Of a stretch of DNA of 64,000 nucleotides, positions 46,796 to 57,311 are shown in pieces. Made by a program: the position numbers and the translations under genes. The notes beneath the pieces were generated by a model that saw only the letters and a program-made list of their open reading frames with translations, was not told where the DNA came from and ran no database searches. Position 1 is the first letter of the stretch, and every line of letters begins with the position of its first letter. The stretch lies in sequence record NC_031120.1, one strand, 5' to 3'.

Positions 46796-47674
46796 TTAAC
46801 GCATCTGGTTCGCCATGAACTCATCAGACACGGTGTTGAAGCCACCTGGGGTAGCATTAACATCCGGGTTGATGCCGTCATTCTGCTGAGACGGAGTCAG
46901 CCACAGTTTACGTTCCATCGGACGCAGACCGTAGAGCTTCATACGTTCCAGTTCAGACTGCGCGGCCTGCATCGGGCCCCAACCTGTCCACTGCTGGGAG
47001 GTGAAGCTGATAGACAGTTCGTTGGTCTGAGGACCCGCATTCGGGTCACGCTCGCCGATATCCTGGCCAGCAGTTTCCGGAATCATGTTGGTCAGCCACC
47101 AGGCGTTCTGCGCTTTACGCTGATACGCATCTGGTTCGATGTACAGCACAGTCAGGCTGTACATATCCGGCAGGTGATCAGGGACGTTCGGGTTGATAGC
47201 CGCGATGCCCGGGTGACCAGACTGTGGATCGCAGAGGCCGTAAACGAGCCACGCGGTCAACATGTTCTGGAACACTTTACCATACTTATCCGGCGTGGTG
47301 TGGGTCACGGAAGACAGTGCTTCCGTTACCAGACCTGCTTCGTACTGAACACGGTTGTTACGACCCTGTTGGGTCTGTACCGCTTCGTGGCTCAGGGTCT
47401 TATCCAGACCAGTGATGGTGGTGTGCACCTCGATGAAGGACTTGATTGCCTGACGCCAGATTGACGGGTTCGGCATGTAGTCCACCCAACGCGGAAACTC
47501 CATTACGCGCGCAATGACGTTGCGGCGCAGACGGTGGGCGTTGGTTACAAACTTACCAACCTGGCCAACGGGACCATTCTGGCCGGAGCCGAATGCGTTG
47601 ACCATGTCGTAAGAACCACCGTCGACATGGAAGCCCTGGTTCGGTTGAACCAAACGTTCTTTAATAGCGCCCAT
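46796..47674 (-). CDS. Tail tube protein (phiKZ gp30-like)
   Basis: 292 aa directly downstream of the sheath; optimised codons. Confidence 0.8.
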   Translation of the reverse strand: MGAIKERLVQPNQGFHVDGGSYDMVNAFGSGQNGPVGQVGKFVTNAHRLRRNVIARVMEFPRWVDYMPNPSIWRQAIKSFIEVHTTITGLDKTLSHEAVQTQQGRNNRVQYEAGLVTEALSSVTHTTPDKYGKVFQNMLTAWLVYGLCDPQSGHPGIAAINPNVPDHLPDMYSLTVLYIEPDAYQRKAQNAWWLTNMIPETAGQDIGERDPNAGPQTNELSISFTSQQWTGWGPMQAAQSELERMKLYGLRPMERKLWLTPSQQNDGINPDVNATPGGFNTVSDEFMANQMR

Positions 47675-47677
47675 TTA

Positions 47678-49735
47678 TTAGTTCTCCCGACGGTAAACTT
47701 TGATGGTGGTGTTGAACTGAGTCAGCAGCACACCGCCGTACGCGTTCAGATCCAGAGTTACGGAGTAACCGTTGGAAATGTCTTCCGCGGTGAAGTACGC
47801 GTTCGGAGTCACGTCGGCGATACCGTCGAGTTTGCCGTTCAGGCGCTCGATGATACGCTTGTTGATTTCCTTCGCCACTTCGTCACGCGTCAGACGACTT
47901 TCACCCGACATGTCCGCCCACACACGGTCAGAGACACGGTAGACGTAAGTCATGATGAAGTTGAACAGCGCATTGTTCAGCACCGAGCGCTCTTCGTCGT
48001 AGATAGACTGGATCGCTGGGATGAACAAACGGTAGTAGTCGTAAGAACGGGCAGTGATGAGCGACACATCCCAGTCGGATGCGTACACATCGTTGCCTTT
48101 CCACGGCATGCTCAGATCCGCCAGGTCTTCGATGATGGTCAGCTCACCACGGCTAAAGCGCGCAGCCGGTTCGGCCTGGCCTTCGCCTGAACCCAGGTAC
48201 TTCGAGAAGAAGTTTGCCAGGGTGTAGTTCATCGGCACAGGCTTCTTGTAAGAAGACCCGCGGATGAGAGCTGTCTGACCGGTCACCATCCCACGCGCTG
48301 CGGCAGTGCCGTAACGAGCAGACTCTGGAACAGAGGTGATGAGTTCGATCAGGGCAATCTTCGCGCCTTCTTCGGTCTGGAGGTCATTACGACCCTGATC
48401 GTAGACGTGCGTTGCCAGCGTCAGGAAGGTGTTGCGTGACTTACCAATGAAGTTCACACACGCCGCCTTGGTATCGAAGCTGAAACCGGAATCCCAGAAG
48501 CAACCCAGGGAGTATTTCAGTTCGTTATCGTAGCTTACTTTCCCACCGTCGGGGAACAGCAGCATTTCACGACGCACCAGTTCGTCATAAGCATCATTGC
48601 CCATGGTGCCATCGCTACCACCTTGCAGGTAGTGGATGTTGGTGGCACTGTAGACCGTTTTACCGGTTTCAGTTGCCGGGTTAACCTGGAAGCCGTCGTA
48701 CGGCTGGCCAGTCAGATCCATACCGCCGAACAGGTCGATCAGGTACGGGTCAGAAACCGTCGCCGAAGAGTTCGCGGCGTTGACAGCAGCTTGCGCCAGC
48801 TTCAGTACCTTCTCCAGTTCCTCATGATACACATGGAAACCTTCGAACGGACCGTAGTTTGGCAGCTGACCAACGTCAGGCGTAGTCTTACGATACGCGT
48901 CCGCAACGACTTCTTCGAAGTCCAGCGGCGTTCTCATCGGCTGATAGTATGCATCGGGCTTAAAGCTGAAGTTGATGCTGGACATGGAGGTGAGGGTCTT
49001 CCAGATAACTGGAGACGTTACCCCTGCCAGGGTTTCAAACCACTGGAGCGTGTAAACACGACCACCTACCGCCTGCTGGTATGCAGAGGTGAGTGCCGGA
49101 GATGTTTTCTCGTTCAGCGGGATCAGCTTATGGCCGAAGCCGTTACAGTCTGCGCCAGCGTACGGTGCTTTGATATCGTAGATCGGATACATCTTAGACT
49201 TCGCACCACCGGTGCCGACTAAGGTGCCTTCAATCTCAATCGCAGTTCCGAATGCCGGAGCAGTGTCGTCGATCAGCAGACTGCGCAGTACGACCAGGAT
49301 ACCATCCACCTGAGCGGTGACTTTTGGTTTACCTGCGGCGTCGTACACCACTTTACCACCGCTGTCACGTTCGTACTGAGGCACTTTCGTGGCCAGCACA
49401 TCCGCGTACAAACGGAAGGTTGCGGTTTTCGCATCGTCCGGGACCAGACGTTGGTACATCGCTTCGTTGCCGTTCGCGTTGAACATTGCCTGATAAGGCG
49501 TGTTGAACGTTGCGTACGGACCACGGAGGTCGAACACGCTGCGGCCAAGCAGATCGAGCGCGTTATCCCCGTATAACGGGAACGCTTCGTTATCTACCCC
49601 ACGCGCAGCGAAGGTGAAGATCAGCGGCTTATGAATCGGGTCGCCCGTAGGCGTCCGTACAAGGTCGGGTACAGAGTTGTCTTGCATCCCTTCCTTGAAA
49701 TTCAACGGCGCAGCGTTACGTGGAATATAGGTCAT
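47678..49735 (-). CDS. Tail sheath protein (phiKZ gp29-like)
   Basis: 685 aa from ATG 49735 (GGAG RBS); YLQGGSDG and FWDSGF sheath-like motifs; synteny. Confidence 0.85.
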   Translation of the reverse strand: MTYIPRNAAPLNFKEGMQDNSVPDLVRTPTGDPIHKPLIFTFAARGVDNEAFPLYGDNALDLLGRSVFDLRGPYATFNTPYQAMFNANGNEAMYQRLVPDDAKTATFRLYADVLATKVPQYERDSGGKVVYDAAGKPKVTAQVDGILVVLRSLLIDDTAPAFGTAIEIEGTLVGTGGAKSKMYPIYDIKAPYAGADCNGFGHKLIPLNEKTSPALTSAYQQAVGGRVYTLQWFETLAGVTSPVIWKTLTSMSSINFSFKPDAYYQPMRTPLDFEEVVADAYRKTTPDVGQLPNYGPFEGFHVYHEELEKVLKLAQAAVNAANSSATVSDPYLIDLFGGMDLTGQPYDGFQVNPATETGKTVYSATNIHYLQGGSDGTMGNDAYDELVRREMLLFPDGGKVSYDNELKYSLGCFWDSGFSFDTKAACVNFIGKSRNTFLTLATHVYDQGRNDLQTEEGAKIALIELITSVPESARYGTAAARGMVTGQTALIRGSSYKKPVPMNYTLANFFSKYLGSGEGQAEPAARFSRGELTIIEDLADLSMPWKGNDVYASDWDVSLITARSYDYYRLFIPAIQSIYDEERSVLNNALFNFIMTYVYRVSDRVWADMSGESRLTRDEVAKEINKRIIERLNGKLDGIADVTPNAYFTAEDISNGYSVTLDLNAYGGVLLTQFNTTIKVYRREN

Positions 49736-49773
49736 GGAACATCTCCATAAATCGTCTTTTAAGACCAATTGGT

Positions 49774-49782
49774 CATACTAAG
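49774..49782 (-). promoter_or_regulatory. Putative late promoter CTTAGTATG
   Basis: Identical to motif at 9287; 39 nt upstream of sheath start. Confidence 0.65.
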
Positions 49783-49792
49783 GTAGCATCTC

Positions 49793-50701
49793 ATGGCACT
49801 CGAAAACGCATACACAGGTAATATTTTCCGCAGCTTCGACCTCGCTAGCCTCACGGCCAGCCTGGAATTAGCCCGTAAACTTAATCAAACCAGAGCGCAG
49901 TCTGACGAAGTGCATTACGTCATTGATACTGCCGATGTGAAACCATTTCCTTTACCGATTGTTATCGGCGACGACGTGTATGTTGATGCACGCACGTTTA
50001 CCACGCTGGACAAAACCGGCGCGCTAAAAATTCGCAACCCGATCGAGCACGCTTTGCGACTCGACCAGGCACGATGGGAACTGGTGTGGAAACGGAACAA
50101 TGGGAAGCATGGTTCCTTGATGGCGCAACTCCCCTACCACCATGAGATTTACAGTAAATGGGTAGGTGATGCGATCACTCACGCGCATTCACTCACTCCA
50201 TATCAAAGTGGGCAAATTCGCGCGGCAGCTGCTTTGTTCTCGGTTGGGCAGTTCTACAATAACTTCGAAGACGAGCTGAAGATGATGCGCTTGCAGCAAG
50301 AACTGTCTCGTCAGCTGGGTTATCCGATGGAAATGTTCGAGGCCGTCACCGGACATACCGAGTTCCTTTACCCACGCAACATCGAAGAATTCGTGGAGAT
50401 GGTACGTGCTGCGGACATCACGCCGCGACTGTCTGAGTTCAGCGTTCTGGGTCTGCAACAGCTGCTCGGTACCAGCTTCTTCGGTGTCAGCTATGACAAA
50501 CAACTCTGCACCAGTGCGCTGGAATATCCGCCGTCGCTGTTCGTCATGATTGCAGCATCCCTGGGCAACAACATGTTCAATCGCTCCCGCTTAGGTGGCA
50601 CGGTGAAGAAATCCGATACGGCGAAACGAAAAGACAAATTCGAGTTCACCTACAATCTGATCCTCAACCAAAACACCAAGCCACCGAAAGTCGATTTCTA
50701 A
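49793..50701 (+). CDS. Virion protein (phiKZ gp28-like)
   Basis: 302 aa, syntenic between sheath and terminase cluster. Confidence 0.7.
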   Translation: MALENAYTGNIFRSFDLASLTASLELARKLNQTRAQSDEVHYVIDTADVKPFPLPIVIGDDVYVDARTFTTLDKTGALKIRNPIEHALRLDQARWELVWKRNNGKHGSLMAQLPYHHEIYSKWVGDAITHAHSLTPYQSGQIRAAAALFSVGQFYNNFEDELKMMRLQQELSRQLGYPMEMFEAVTGHTEFLYPRNIEEFVEMVRAADITPRLSEFSVLGLQQLLGTSFFGVSYDKQLCTSALEYPPSLFVMIAASLGNNMFNRSRLGGTVKKSDTAKRKDKFEFTYNLILNQNTKPPKVDF

Positions 50702-50711
50702 GAGGTTCACT

Positions 50712-53222
50712 ATGGAGAACTGGCTGGTCGCTCATGCAGTGCGAAACGCATGGCAGCGTCCAAGTAACGATGGGGTGATTAACATCGCCCCCAATCGCAT
50801 CACTCCGCACAGCGGGGTAATCGGGTTTATCCGTGATGGACGAGCGTCCATGCCACTCCCAGGTGAAGGTTGGTGGCACGTCTACACGGTAGACAAACTG
50901 CACCTTAACTACGGCAACATCAAACTCCCGCCAGACCGCTGGAAGAAACTCTCGACCTGCGTCAATGCGATGAGCGCCTTTATGTTGCTGTACAACGATC
51001 GCGGTACTACCTTCCCGCTGGACAAAGCACGGGTCATGCGGCGGGCCTCGGGACAGCTTCTGTTGGCGTTACCGCAAAGCGAACGCTACAGCTGGCTGGA
51101 TACCGAAACCCTGTACTGGCGTATCTACGCCGGGTACGACGGCGGCGACTACGCAGGTTTACCCCTGCCCACCTTTGTCGAATTCTGGGATACTCCGAAC
51201 GGTACGCAAATTCAACGGGCTTGCGACCGCTATCGGGCGCTACAAAATGCCAAGCAGGGTCATGTGACCTTCTGGCTGAACGGGCGTCTGATTGAGTCTC
51301 CGCTCCCAAGTGACATTGCGACCTGGGACGATGTGGAGATTCACGTTGACGGGCGTGTGAAGCGTGTGGTGGATTTCCGCTGCGGCGATTTGTCCACCTT
51401 CCAGTCGACCCTGGACAGCAAGCGTAAGTACCTGTTGCATTTGCCGAAAGGTTCGAGTAACTGGACGTTCAACAACGACGTGGAAATCCATGTGCTGCGG
51501 GAAAGGGACGGCCGCTACTACTGGAAGCACCGCCATCTGTCTTTACGCCAGGTGACGTTCAATGACCTGAGTATTCCGACAGAACGTATCAGTCAGCTAC
51601 GCAACAGTTTCAATAACCTGAACGACATCGATGATTTGGTGATTCGTCTAATCGTTCGTGACGATTACCTGCGCACTCCAGTGTTGTATAACACACAACA
51701 CATTCACGACCTGTATCGTCTGAACGATGAGCAGATTGTGTCAGCGATGGTGGGGGTCAACTCCACGATGCCGGAATGGTTGGCCAAGAACCTGGAGCAG
51801 GCGGCGTACAATAAACTGGCGGCCGCGAAGTTCGAGAACATTACTCGTGACCTGTGCACCGATGCGTATGGCTATAATGCCACGACGCGCTATGCGGCAG
51901 ACACTCCCCAGAAGCTGATTCTGGATAACGGGGTCTGGCGTTGCACGCTGCCAGATTTACTGGCGGTCAAATCCGTTGTCTATGAGTACGATGGAAACGG
52001 TATGTTACTCGGCTGGTCTCGCCATGCGGGTACCACCGATTACCGGGCGAAGAACGTCGCCGCCCGTATCGTGGAAGCGATTGCCGGGGATGTGTCGGAT
52101 GCGGCCCACATTGTGGATAACGCACCGGACTTCACTGTACCGGAAGGAATTAACGTTGCCCTGTGGCTGCGGAAACTGACCAGCGGTACCCCGACCAACG
52201 AGTACACGCAGGCGGTGGAAGGCACCGACTACACCCGGGTTGGTAGTCTCATTACCTGGACAGTCGATCGCACCCGACGCTGGCCGACGGTGATTTACGA
52301 TGACGTGCACCTGTTGTTCGAACAGACAGTCAATGTGAAGCAGGGGCAGATTCGTGTGCCTATCCTTGGCCGCAGTGCGACCGAACCGGTACGTACGTTG
52401 TGGACGCCGATGGAAACCATCGAGGTGTGGCTCAACGATCACCCCCTGGTCTTCGGGATTGACTTTGTCTTGAAGTGGCCGGAAATTGTTGTGGTGTCAA
52501 AAGCCTGGATGGCCGATGGCGATACCAACAAAGTGACCGTGCGTGCGCGTGGTGTCACCGGGGTAACGCACATTCCGAAAACCGGCTTTGTCTCCAGTGG
52601 CCTGTTCTCCAACAACAGCCACTTTGATGTCCGCGATGACAAAGTGATTCGTGTGGTGGCCGGGGGTGGATTGTTGCTGCGGGATGATGTGGTGTTCCGT
52701 GAAGACAACACGGTGGGGACGTCGGTTGTGCCGGACGGGTTCCCGTACATGGTCGACGATCCGACAATTCCACTGCGGACGTTGGTCAGTGAGGACACCT
52801 ATGCGCTGCGCGACACTGCACGCGACATCGATGCCCGTACCGAAGAATACCTGACCACGTTCTTCCCGACACCGCCGCCGGTTAACCCGGTTCCACTGCA
52901 AGGCTGGTACCACCTGTTCAGTCCGCTGCTGAATAAGCTGCTGTGGGACTACAAGAACAAAAATCTGATACTGGTAGAAGACGATCCGAGTAATCGTATC
53001 TCCACTGCCCAGCTGGACCGCGTGATGGAAGGCTACATTGACCTTCTGGAATTCGACCCGGCTTACATCGGCTACGATAAAGCCTTTGTGCGAATGCATC
53101 CGCATTCCCTGTACCAGGTTGTAGAAATTGATGAGTTGGGCTTTGCGTTCTTAGACCGGGTGAATGCCCGTTACCTGAGTGGCGGGGTGCAGCTGAACCA
53201 GTATCTGAAAATCAAAGGTTAA
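50712..53222 (+). CDS. Virion structural (baseplate/neck) protein (phiKZ gp27-like)
   Basis: 836 aa, GAGG RBS, synteny. Confidence 0.75.
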   Translation: MENWLVAHAVRNAWQRPSNDGVINIAPNRITPHSGVIGFIRDGRASMPLPGEGWWHVYTVDKLHLNYGNIKLPPDRWKKLSTCVNAMSAFMLLYNDRGTTFPLDKARVMRRASGQLLLALPQSERYSWLDTETLYWRIYAGYDGGDYAGLPLPTFVEFWDTPNGTQIQRACDRYRALQNAKQGHVTFWLNGRLIESPLPSDIATWDDVEIHVDGRVKRVVDFRCGDLSTFQSTLDSKRKYLLHLPKGSSNWTFNNDVEIHVLRERDGRYYWKHRHLSLRQVTFNDLSIPTERISQLRNSFNNLNDIDDLVIRLIVRDDYLRTPVLYNTQHIHDLYRLNDEQIVSAMVGVNSTMPEWLAKNLEQAAYNKLAAAKFENITRDLCTDAYGYNATTRYAADTPQKLILDNGVWRCTLPDLLAVKSVVYEYDGNGMLLGWSRHAGTTDYRAKNVAARIVEAIAGDVSDAAHIVDNAPDFTVPEGINVALWLRKLTSGTPTNEYTQAVEGTDYTRVGSLITWTVDRTRRWPTVIYDDVHLLFEQTVNVKQGQIRVPILGRSATEPVRTLWTPMETIEVWLNDHPLVFGIDFVLKWPEIVVVSKAWMADGDTNKVTVRARGVTGVTHIPKTGFVSSGLFSNNSHFDVRDDKVIRVVAGGGLLLRDDVVFREDNTVGTSVVPDGFPYMVDDPTIPLRTLVSEDTYALRDTARDIDARTEEYLTTFFPTPPPVNPVPLQGWYHLFSPLLNKLLWDYKNKNLILVEDDPSNRISTAQLDRVMEGYIDLLEFDPAYIGYDKAFVRMHPHSLYQVVEIDELGFAFLDRVNARYLSGGVQLNQYLKIKG

Positions 53223-53225
53223 TCC

Positions 53226-54869
53226 ATGACGACTTTGAAGACTGACATTATTGACCTTGACCGCGGGTGGCGTCCGTGGGGTTTAGGCGACCTGTACGAT
53301 GTCAATAAACCAACCGGGTTTGTGCCGAACCCGAAAGACTGGATTGTTGACCCTGATACCAACATCGTCTATCGCGTCGAGACCGTGAACTATGCGGTCC
53401 CGTCCTGGACGACGAAGGTTATCAACGGGATTCCCGCCAACAACGAAAACAAAGTGTTGGGTGGCCACTATCCGATTCGTTCTGACAAGTATCGCATCTA
53501 TGTCGATACCACCAAGAACCCGGCGAGCATGGTCCTTGACAACAACCTGACCTGGAACGGTCCTGACATCGACGGGATTCGTATCTTCCGCGGTGCGGAT
53601 ATTTCGGACAAAGGGGAGATTCTCTCGGGCTACTACAAAGACGGTCGCCTGGACAAGAACTACCTGCCGATGCAGACCATCTCCAAAGATGGCGTCGACA
53701 CCGTGGTGAAAGCCCCGTTGCCGGGCAGCTGTCTGGCTCCGGTGAAGCACGGGGAGGAGTTCTCCTATATCGTCTACGCCGACTCCGGTGAGATTGTCGA
53801 TATGGGGACGGGGTACATTATCCTCACCAACCTGGTCATGGCGCAAGAAACGCCGAGCCGTCAGGTGGTGGATATCCGTCTGGACTCACCGTTTATCGTG
53901 GACGACAACTCGACGGTCTTAACGCTGCCGATTAACCTGCCGCTGGATTCGATTCCGCTGAAGGCCATTGTGCGTTATACCGACGGGCAGAAAATCCTGC
54001 CGATTGACGGGGCGCGTGTGAAGCTCAACGGACTGCGTAACGCCGGTGCACACGACACGTACTACATCGCGTCTAACGCCGGTGCAGAACTGCCGTTGGT
54101 GCTGAGCTATACACTGGCGAAAGGCGAGAGCTTCGTCGGACCGAACGTGACGGACGGGATGGTCTGGAAAGACTACACTGCCGTCACCGAAGCGGTGGAT
54201 GGGGCGTACTCGATGAAACTGTTTGTGGTGCCGAAGTGGCTTGATGCTTCGCGCGGTTACCGCTTGCAGTTCTTCCTGTACAGCCTGACGCGTGGTCTGG
54301 TGTACGATGCGACTGCCGCGGTGGCCTTTACCACCGGGACGCTGTTTGACCCGCTGTTGATGGGTGTCAAGCAACGACTGACCGTGCAGTGTGATATCAG
54401 CAAGGTTGATCCGAAGTTCGTGGCCTTTATTCAGTCACAGTCGTTTGCCGTTACTCTGATTAACCCGGGTAATGAGCTGAACACCAACTACCTGATTGAG
54501 TATCTGCCGGACGGCCTGGTCTACGGGAACAACATCTGGGCGGAGTTCAAATACTCCAACGTCAACTACTCCGAAATCGATGTCTCTGTCAAAGCGACAA
54601 CGAAGGCGCAGTGGCTGCAAACCCTGTATGATCCAATGTACCCGCTGTACGACCGTCGTAACGAAACCGGTCCACTGGAGCCGACCCACTTTGAAATCCA
54701 CGTTGGCGGACAGGTGTACACCTACTCCGTTGATGACTGGATGGCGAAGAAAACGGTTGACTACCGTGTGGCCCTGGACGACGTATTGGTAATCCGCTGG
54801 ATTCGCCGTACGCCGACAGACGACCTGCAACTCGGCTGTTCGCCTATGCTGGCGCACAACATTACGTAA
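53226..54869 (+). CDS. Virion structural protein (phiKZ gp26-like)
   Basis: 547 aa, beta-rich, directly upstream of terminase. Confidence 0.75.
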   Translation: MTTLKTDIIDLDRGWRPWGLGDLYDVNKPTGFVPNPKDWIVDPDTNIVYRVETVNYAVPSWTTKVINGIPANNENKVLGGHYPIRSDKYRIYVDTTKNPASMVLDNNLTWNGPDIDGIRIFRGADISDKGEILSGYYKDGRLDKNYLPMQTISKDGVDTVVKAPLPGSCLAPVKHGEEFSYIVYADSGEIVDMGTGYIILTNLVMAQETPSRQVVDIRLDSPFIVDDNSTVLTLPINLPLDSIPLKAIVRYTDGQKILPIDGARVKLNGLRNAGAHDTYYIASNAGAELPLVLSYTLAKGESFVGPNVTDGMVWKDYTAVTEAVDGAYSMKLFVVPKWLDASRGYRLQFFLYSLTRGLVYDATAAVAFTTGTLFDPLLMGVKQRLTVQCDISKVDPKFVAFIQSQSFAVTLINPGNELNTNYLIEYLPDGLVYGNNIWAEFKYSNVNYSEIDVSVKATTKAQWLQTLYDPMYPLYDRRNETGPLEPTHFEIHVGGQVYTYSVDDWMAKKTVDYRVALDDVLVIRWIRRTPTDDLQLGCSPMLAHNIT

Positions 54870-54874
54870 CACAA

Positions 54875-54907
54875 CTCCTCCTCCCCGCAAGGGGAGGAGT
54901 GAGGAGG
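54875..54907 (+). promoter_or_regulatory. GC-rich hairpin overlapping the terminase RBS
   Basis: CTCCTCCCC-GCAA-GGGGAGGAG stem, extendable into GAG of the GAGGAGG SD; no U-tract. Confidence 0.45.
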
Positions 54908-54911
54908 ATTT

Positions 54912-57023
54912 ATGATACTCCGCCAATCGGACTGGGGCTACTATCCCGGTGCCATCATTGACGACACCACTCGCAATAAACACTTTATTCGCTTTGCCGA
55001 CAGCCTGCGCAAACTCGGGGTGAAACACTGGTACCTGGTACTGGCATTGCACAACCCGGAACTGCAAGGCATCGACCCCCATGCGCCCGACCTGACCATT
55101 CAGCAACAAGGGATGATTATCGAGGAGTGTGCAGAGAACCCGTGGTATTACCTGCGTGAATGTATCCGCGTACCTGCGGATGGTACCGACGGCGTACCGT
55201 TCAAGATTGACCGCGGTAACTTTGCGATGTTCTGGATTTTCTTCAACAACATCGACTCCGGCATCGAGTTCCTCCGTCAGCACGGTAAGACAGTCGGGAT
55301 GTGTTCTTTGATGAGCTGGTTGCTGCGCTTCCTCGAGAAGTCGCGTACCATTCTGGTCACCAAAGGCCCGGTGCTGCGTGAAGAAACCATCACCAAACTC
55401 AAAGAGTTGCGTAACGCCCTGCCGAAATACCTGTGGCCGATGCACCCCGATGACCCGGACAACAAAGAATCCTTTGCCTGTCTGGCAATGGGTAACAAAC
55501 TCATCACCGCGATTGGTCAGAACGATGAACAATCTGCAAACGGCGTGGGCCGTGGCTTAACCGCCGGTCGTCTGTTCTCGGATGAAGGCCCCTTCACCAA
55601 CAACATCCACATCATCTTACCTGCGGCACTGGCATCCGGTACCGCGGCGCGTGAGATTAACGAAGCTAACGGTGTGCCCTACGGTAACGTGTTCGCTACC
55701 ACGCCGGGTGACTTAGCGACCCCGGAAGGCCGTTACATGTACGAGCTGATGAACTCCGGTATCGTGTGGGATGAGCGTCTGATTGACGTGCCGACGCGGG
55801 CGCAGTTGATTGAGTTGATTAAAACGAACTCGATGCGACCGAAGATGCCACGTATCATGTTCTACGTGAAGTTCAACCACCGTCAGCTTGGCACCAGTGA
55901 CGCCAAACTCGCCTCGATGATTGCCAACGCCACCGGTAGTCCTGACCAGATTCGTCGTGACTTCGGGGGTGAGTGGACCACGGGTGGATTCAACAAACCG
56001 TTCTCCGGTGAGGACGCGGTGCGCATGAACAACTCGCGCATTCGTGCGGTATTCAAAGACGTCAGTCCGTCGAACTACATCACCGACTGGTATTACAACG
56101 AAGACGAGATGGTTATCAAACTTCAGGATCGGCATATCCTGGGCCTCGATACCTCAGAAGCGGTTGGTCGCGACGCCATCGCGATGTCTATCGTCAACTC
56201 GGTAACAGCCGAGTACGCCGGGAAACTCACCATCAACGAAACCAACGTTATCGGCTTTGCCATTCACCTGGCCGAGTTCATGGTGACCTACCCGAATACG
56301 GTGCTGATTCTCGAACGTCGTTCCACCGGTTCCTCCGTAGCAGATGCGATTATCCTTCAGCTGCAATCCAAGGTCCCGGACTTACATCGTCGTTTGTATG
56401 TCAAGATTACGCAAGACTACAGCCGTAACGATGAACTCTACAAAGAGTACGCCCGCGGGCCAGGAAACCGACCTGAGATGTTCTGGGATAAATTCCGGAA
56501 ATATATCGGGTTTGCTACCGATGGGGAGAAACGTAAGAAATTATATGGTGAGGTATTCACCATGGCCCTGCGACTCTCGGCACACCTGCTGCGCAGTGGC
56601 GAACTGATCGACCAAATCCTAAGCCTGGTGGAGCGGAACGGACGTATCGACCACCAACGGTCCGGTCACGATGACTTAGTCATTTCGTGGCTACTGGCGA
56701 TGTGGTTACTAATCTTCGGTAAAAACTTATCCCATTACGGAATAAGCAACAACCGGCTGATGATTCGTAACCGTAACATGCTCGCAGGTGAAGGGGTTGA
56801 CAAGGACGAGGATGCGCAGGTCGAACATGAGGAGCGGCAACAAGAACTGATGGGAGAAATCGAGCAGGTGATGAAACAGATGGTCGGGGTTCAATGTCCC
56901 GTACGCCAGATGGGTCTCAAGTCTCGATTGCAGTCCCTCATCGATCAACTTGAAACTGACGTGAGAAACGTCGCATCGATGGAGAGCTTGAAAGAGCTTA
57001 TCCAGCGCCAGAGGATGAAGTGA
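54912..57023 (+). CDS. terL: Terminase large subunit
   Basis: Walker A LRQHGKT, Walker B LFSDEG, nuclease ILGLDTS...RDA and GHDDLVI; 703 aa. Confidence 0.92.
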   Translation: MILRQSDWGYYPGAIIDDTTRNKHFIRFADSLRKLGVKHWYLVLALHNPELQGIDPHAPDLTIQQQGMIIEECAENPWYYLRECIRVPADGTDGVPFKIDRGNFAMFWIFFNNIDSGIEFLRQHGKTVGMCSLMSWLLRFLEKSRTILVTKGPVLREETITKLKELRNALPKYLWPMHPDDPDNKESFACLAMGNKLITAIGQNDEQSANGVGRGLTAGRLFSDEGPFTNNIHIILPAALASGTAAREINEANGVPYGNVFATTPGDLATPEGRYMYELMNSGIVWDERLIDVPTRAQLIELIKTNSMRPKMPRIMFYVKFNHRQLGTSDAKLASMIANATGSPDQIRRDFGGEWTTGGFNKPFSGEDAVRMNNSRIRAVFKDVSPSNYITDWYYNEDEMVIKLQDRHILGLDTSEAVGRDAIAMSIVNSVTAEYAGKLTINETNVIGFAIHLAEFMVTYPNTVLILERRSTGSSVADAIILQLQSKVPDLHRRLYVKITQDYSRNDELYKEYARGPGNRPEMFWDKFRKYIGFATDGEKRKKLYGEVFTMALRLSAHLLRSGELIDQILSLVERNGRIDHQRSGHDDLVISWLLAMWLLIFGKNLSHYGISNNRLMIRNRNMLAGEGVDKDEDAQVEHEERQQELMGEIEQVMKQMVGVQCPVRQMGLKSRLQSLIDQLETDVRNVASMESLKELIQRQRMK

Positions 57024-57250
57024 TGACCGAACTTTATTACCTTGCAGTAGTAGTGCTGTGGTTCGTGCTGTTTATGTGCATTCGTCACATGTACGGCATT
57101 GTAGTCGAGCACGCAGAAAAGAATAATCTTTCTCAAGTCGTTACCCGACGGTCAGTCATGTTCGTGGTTGGGAGCATGATGATGTTGGGCTCGGCTGCCA
57201 CTTATGGGATGAGTCACGTATATACGTTACATCAGCTTTCTGTACTGTAA
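57020..57250 (+). CDS. Small two-TM membrane protein
   Basis: Two hydrophobic helices; overlaps the terminase stop. Confidence 0.6.
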   Translation: MMTELYYLAVVVLWFVLFMCIRHMYGIVVEHAEKNNLSQVVTRRSVMFVVGSMMMLGSAATYGMSHVYTLHQLSVL

Positions 57251-57270
57251 AACTGGCAATAAAGAAAACA

Positions 57271-57311
57271 TAGGTACCTACCCGTCGCGGGGTAGGTACC
57301 TAATCTTTTTT
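57271..57311. terminator. Bidirectional intrinsic terminator
   Basis: Perfect 13-bp stem TAGGTACCTACCC/GGGTAGGTACCTA between convergent genes. Confidence 0.85.
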
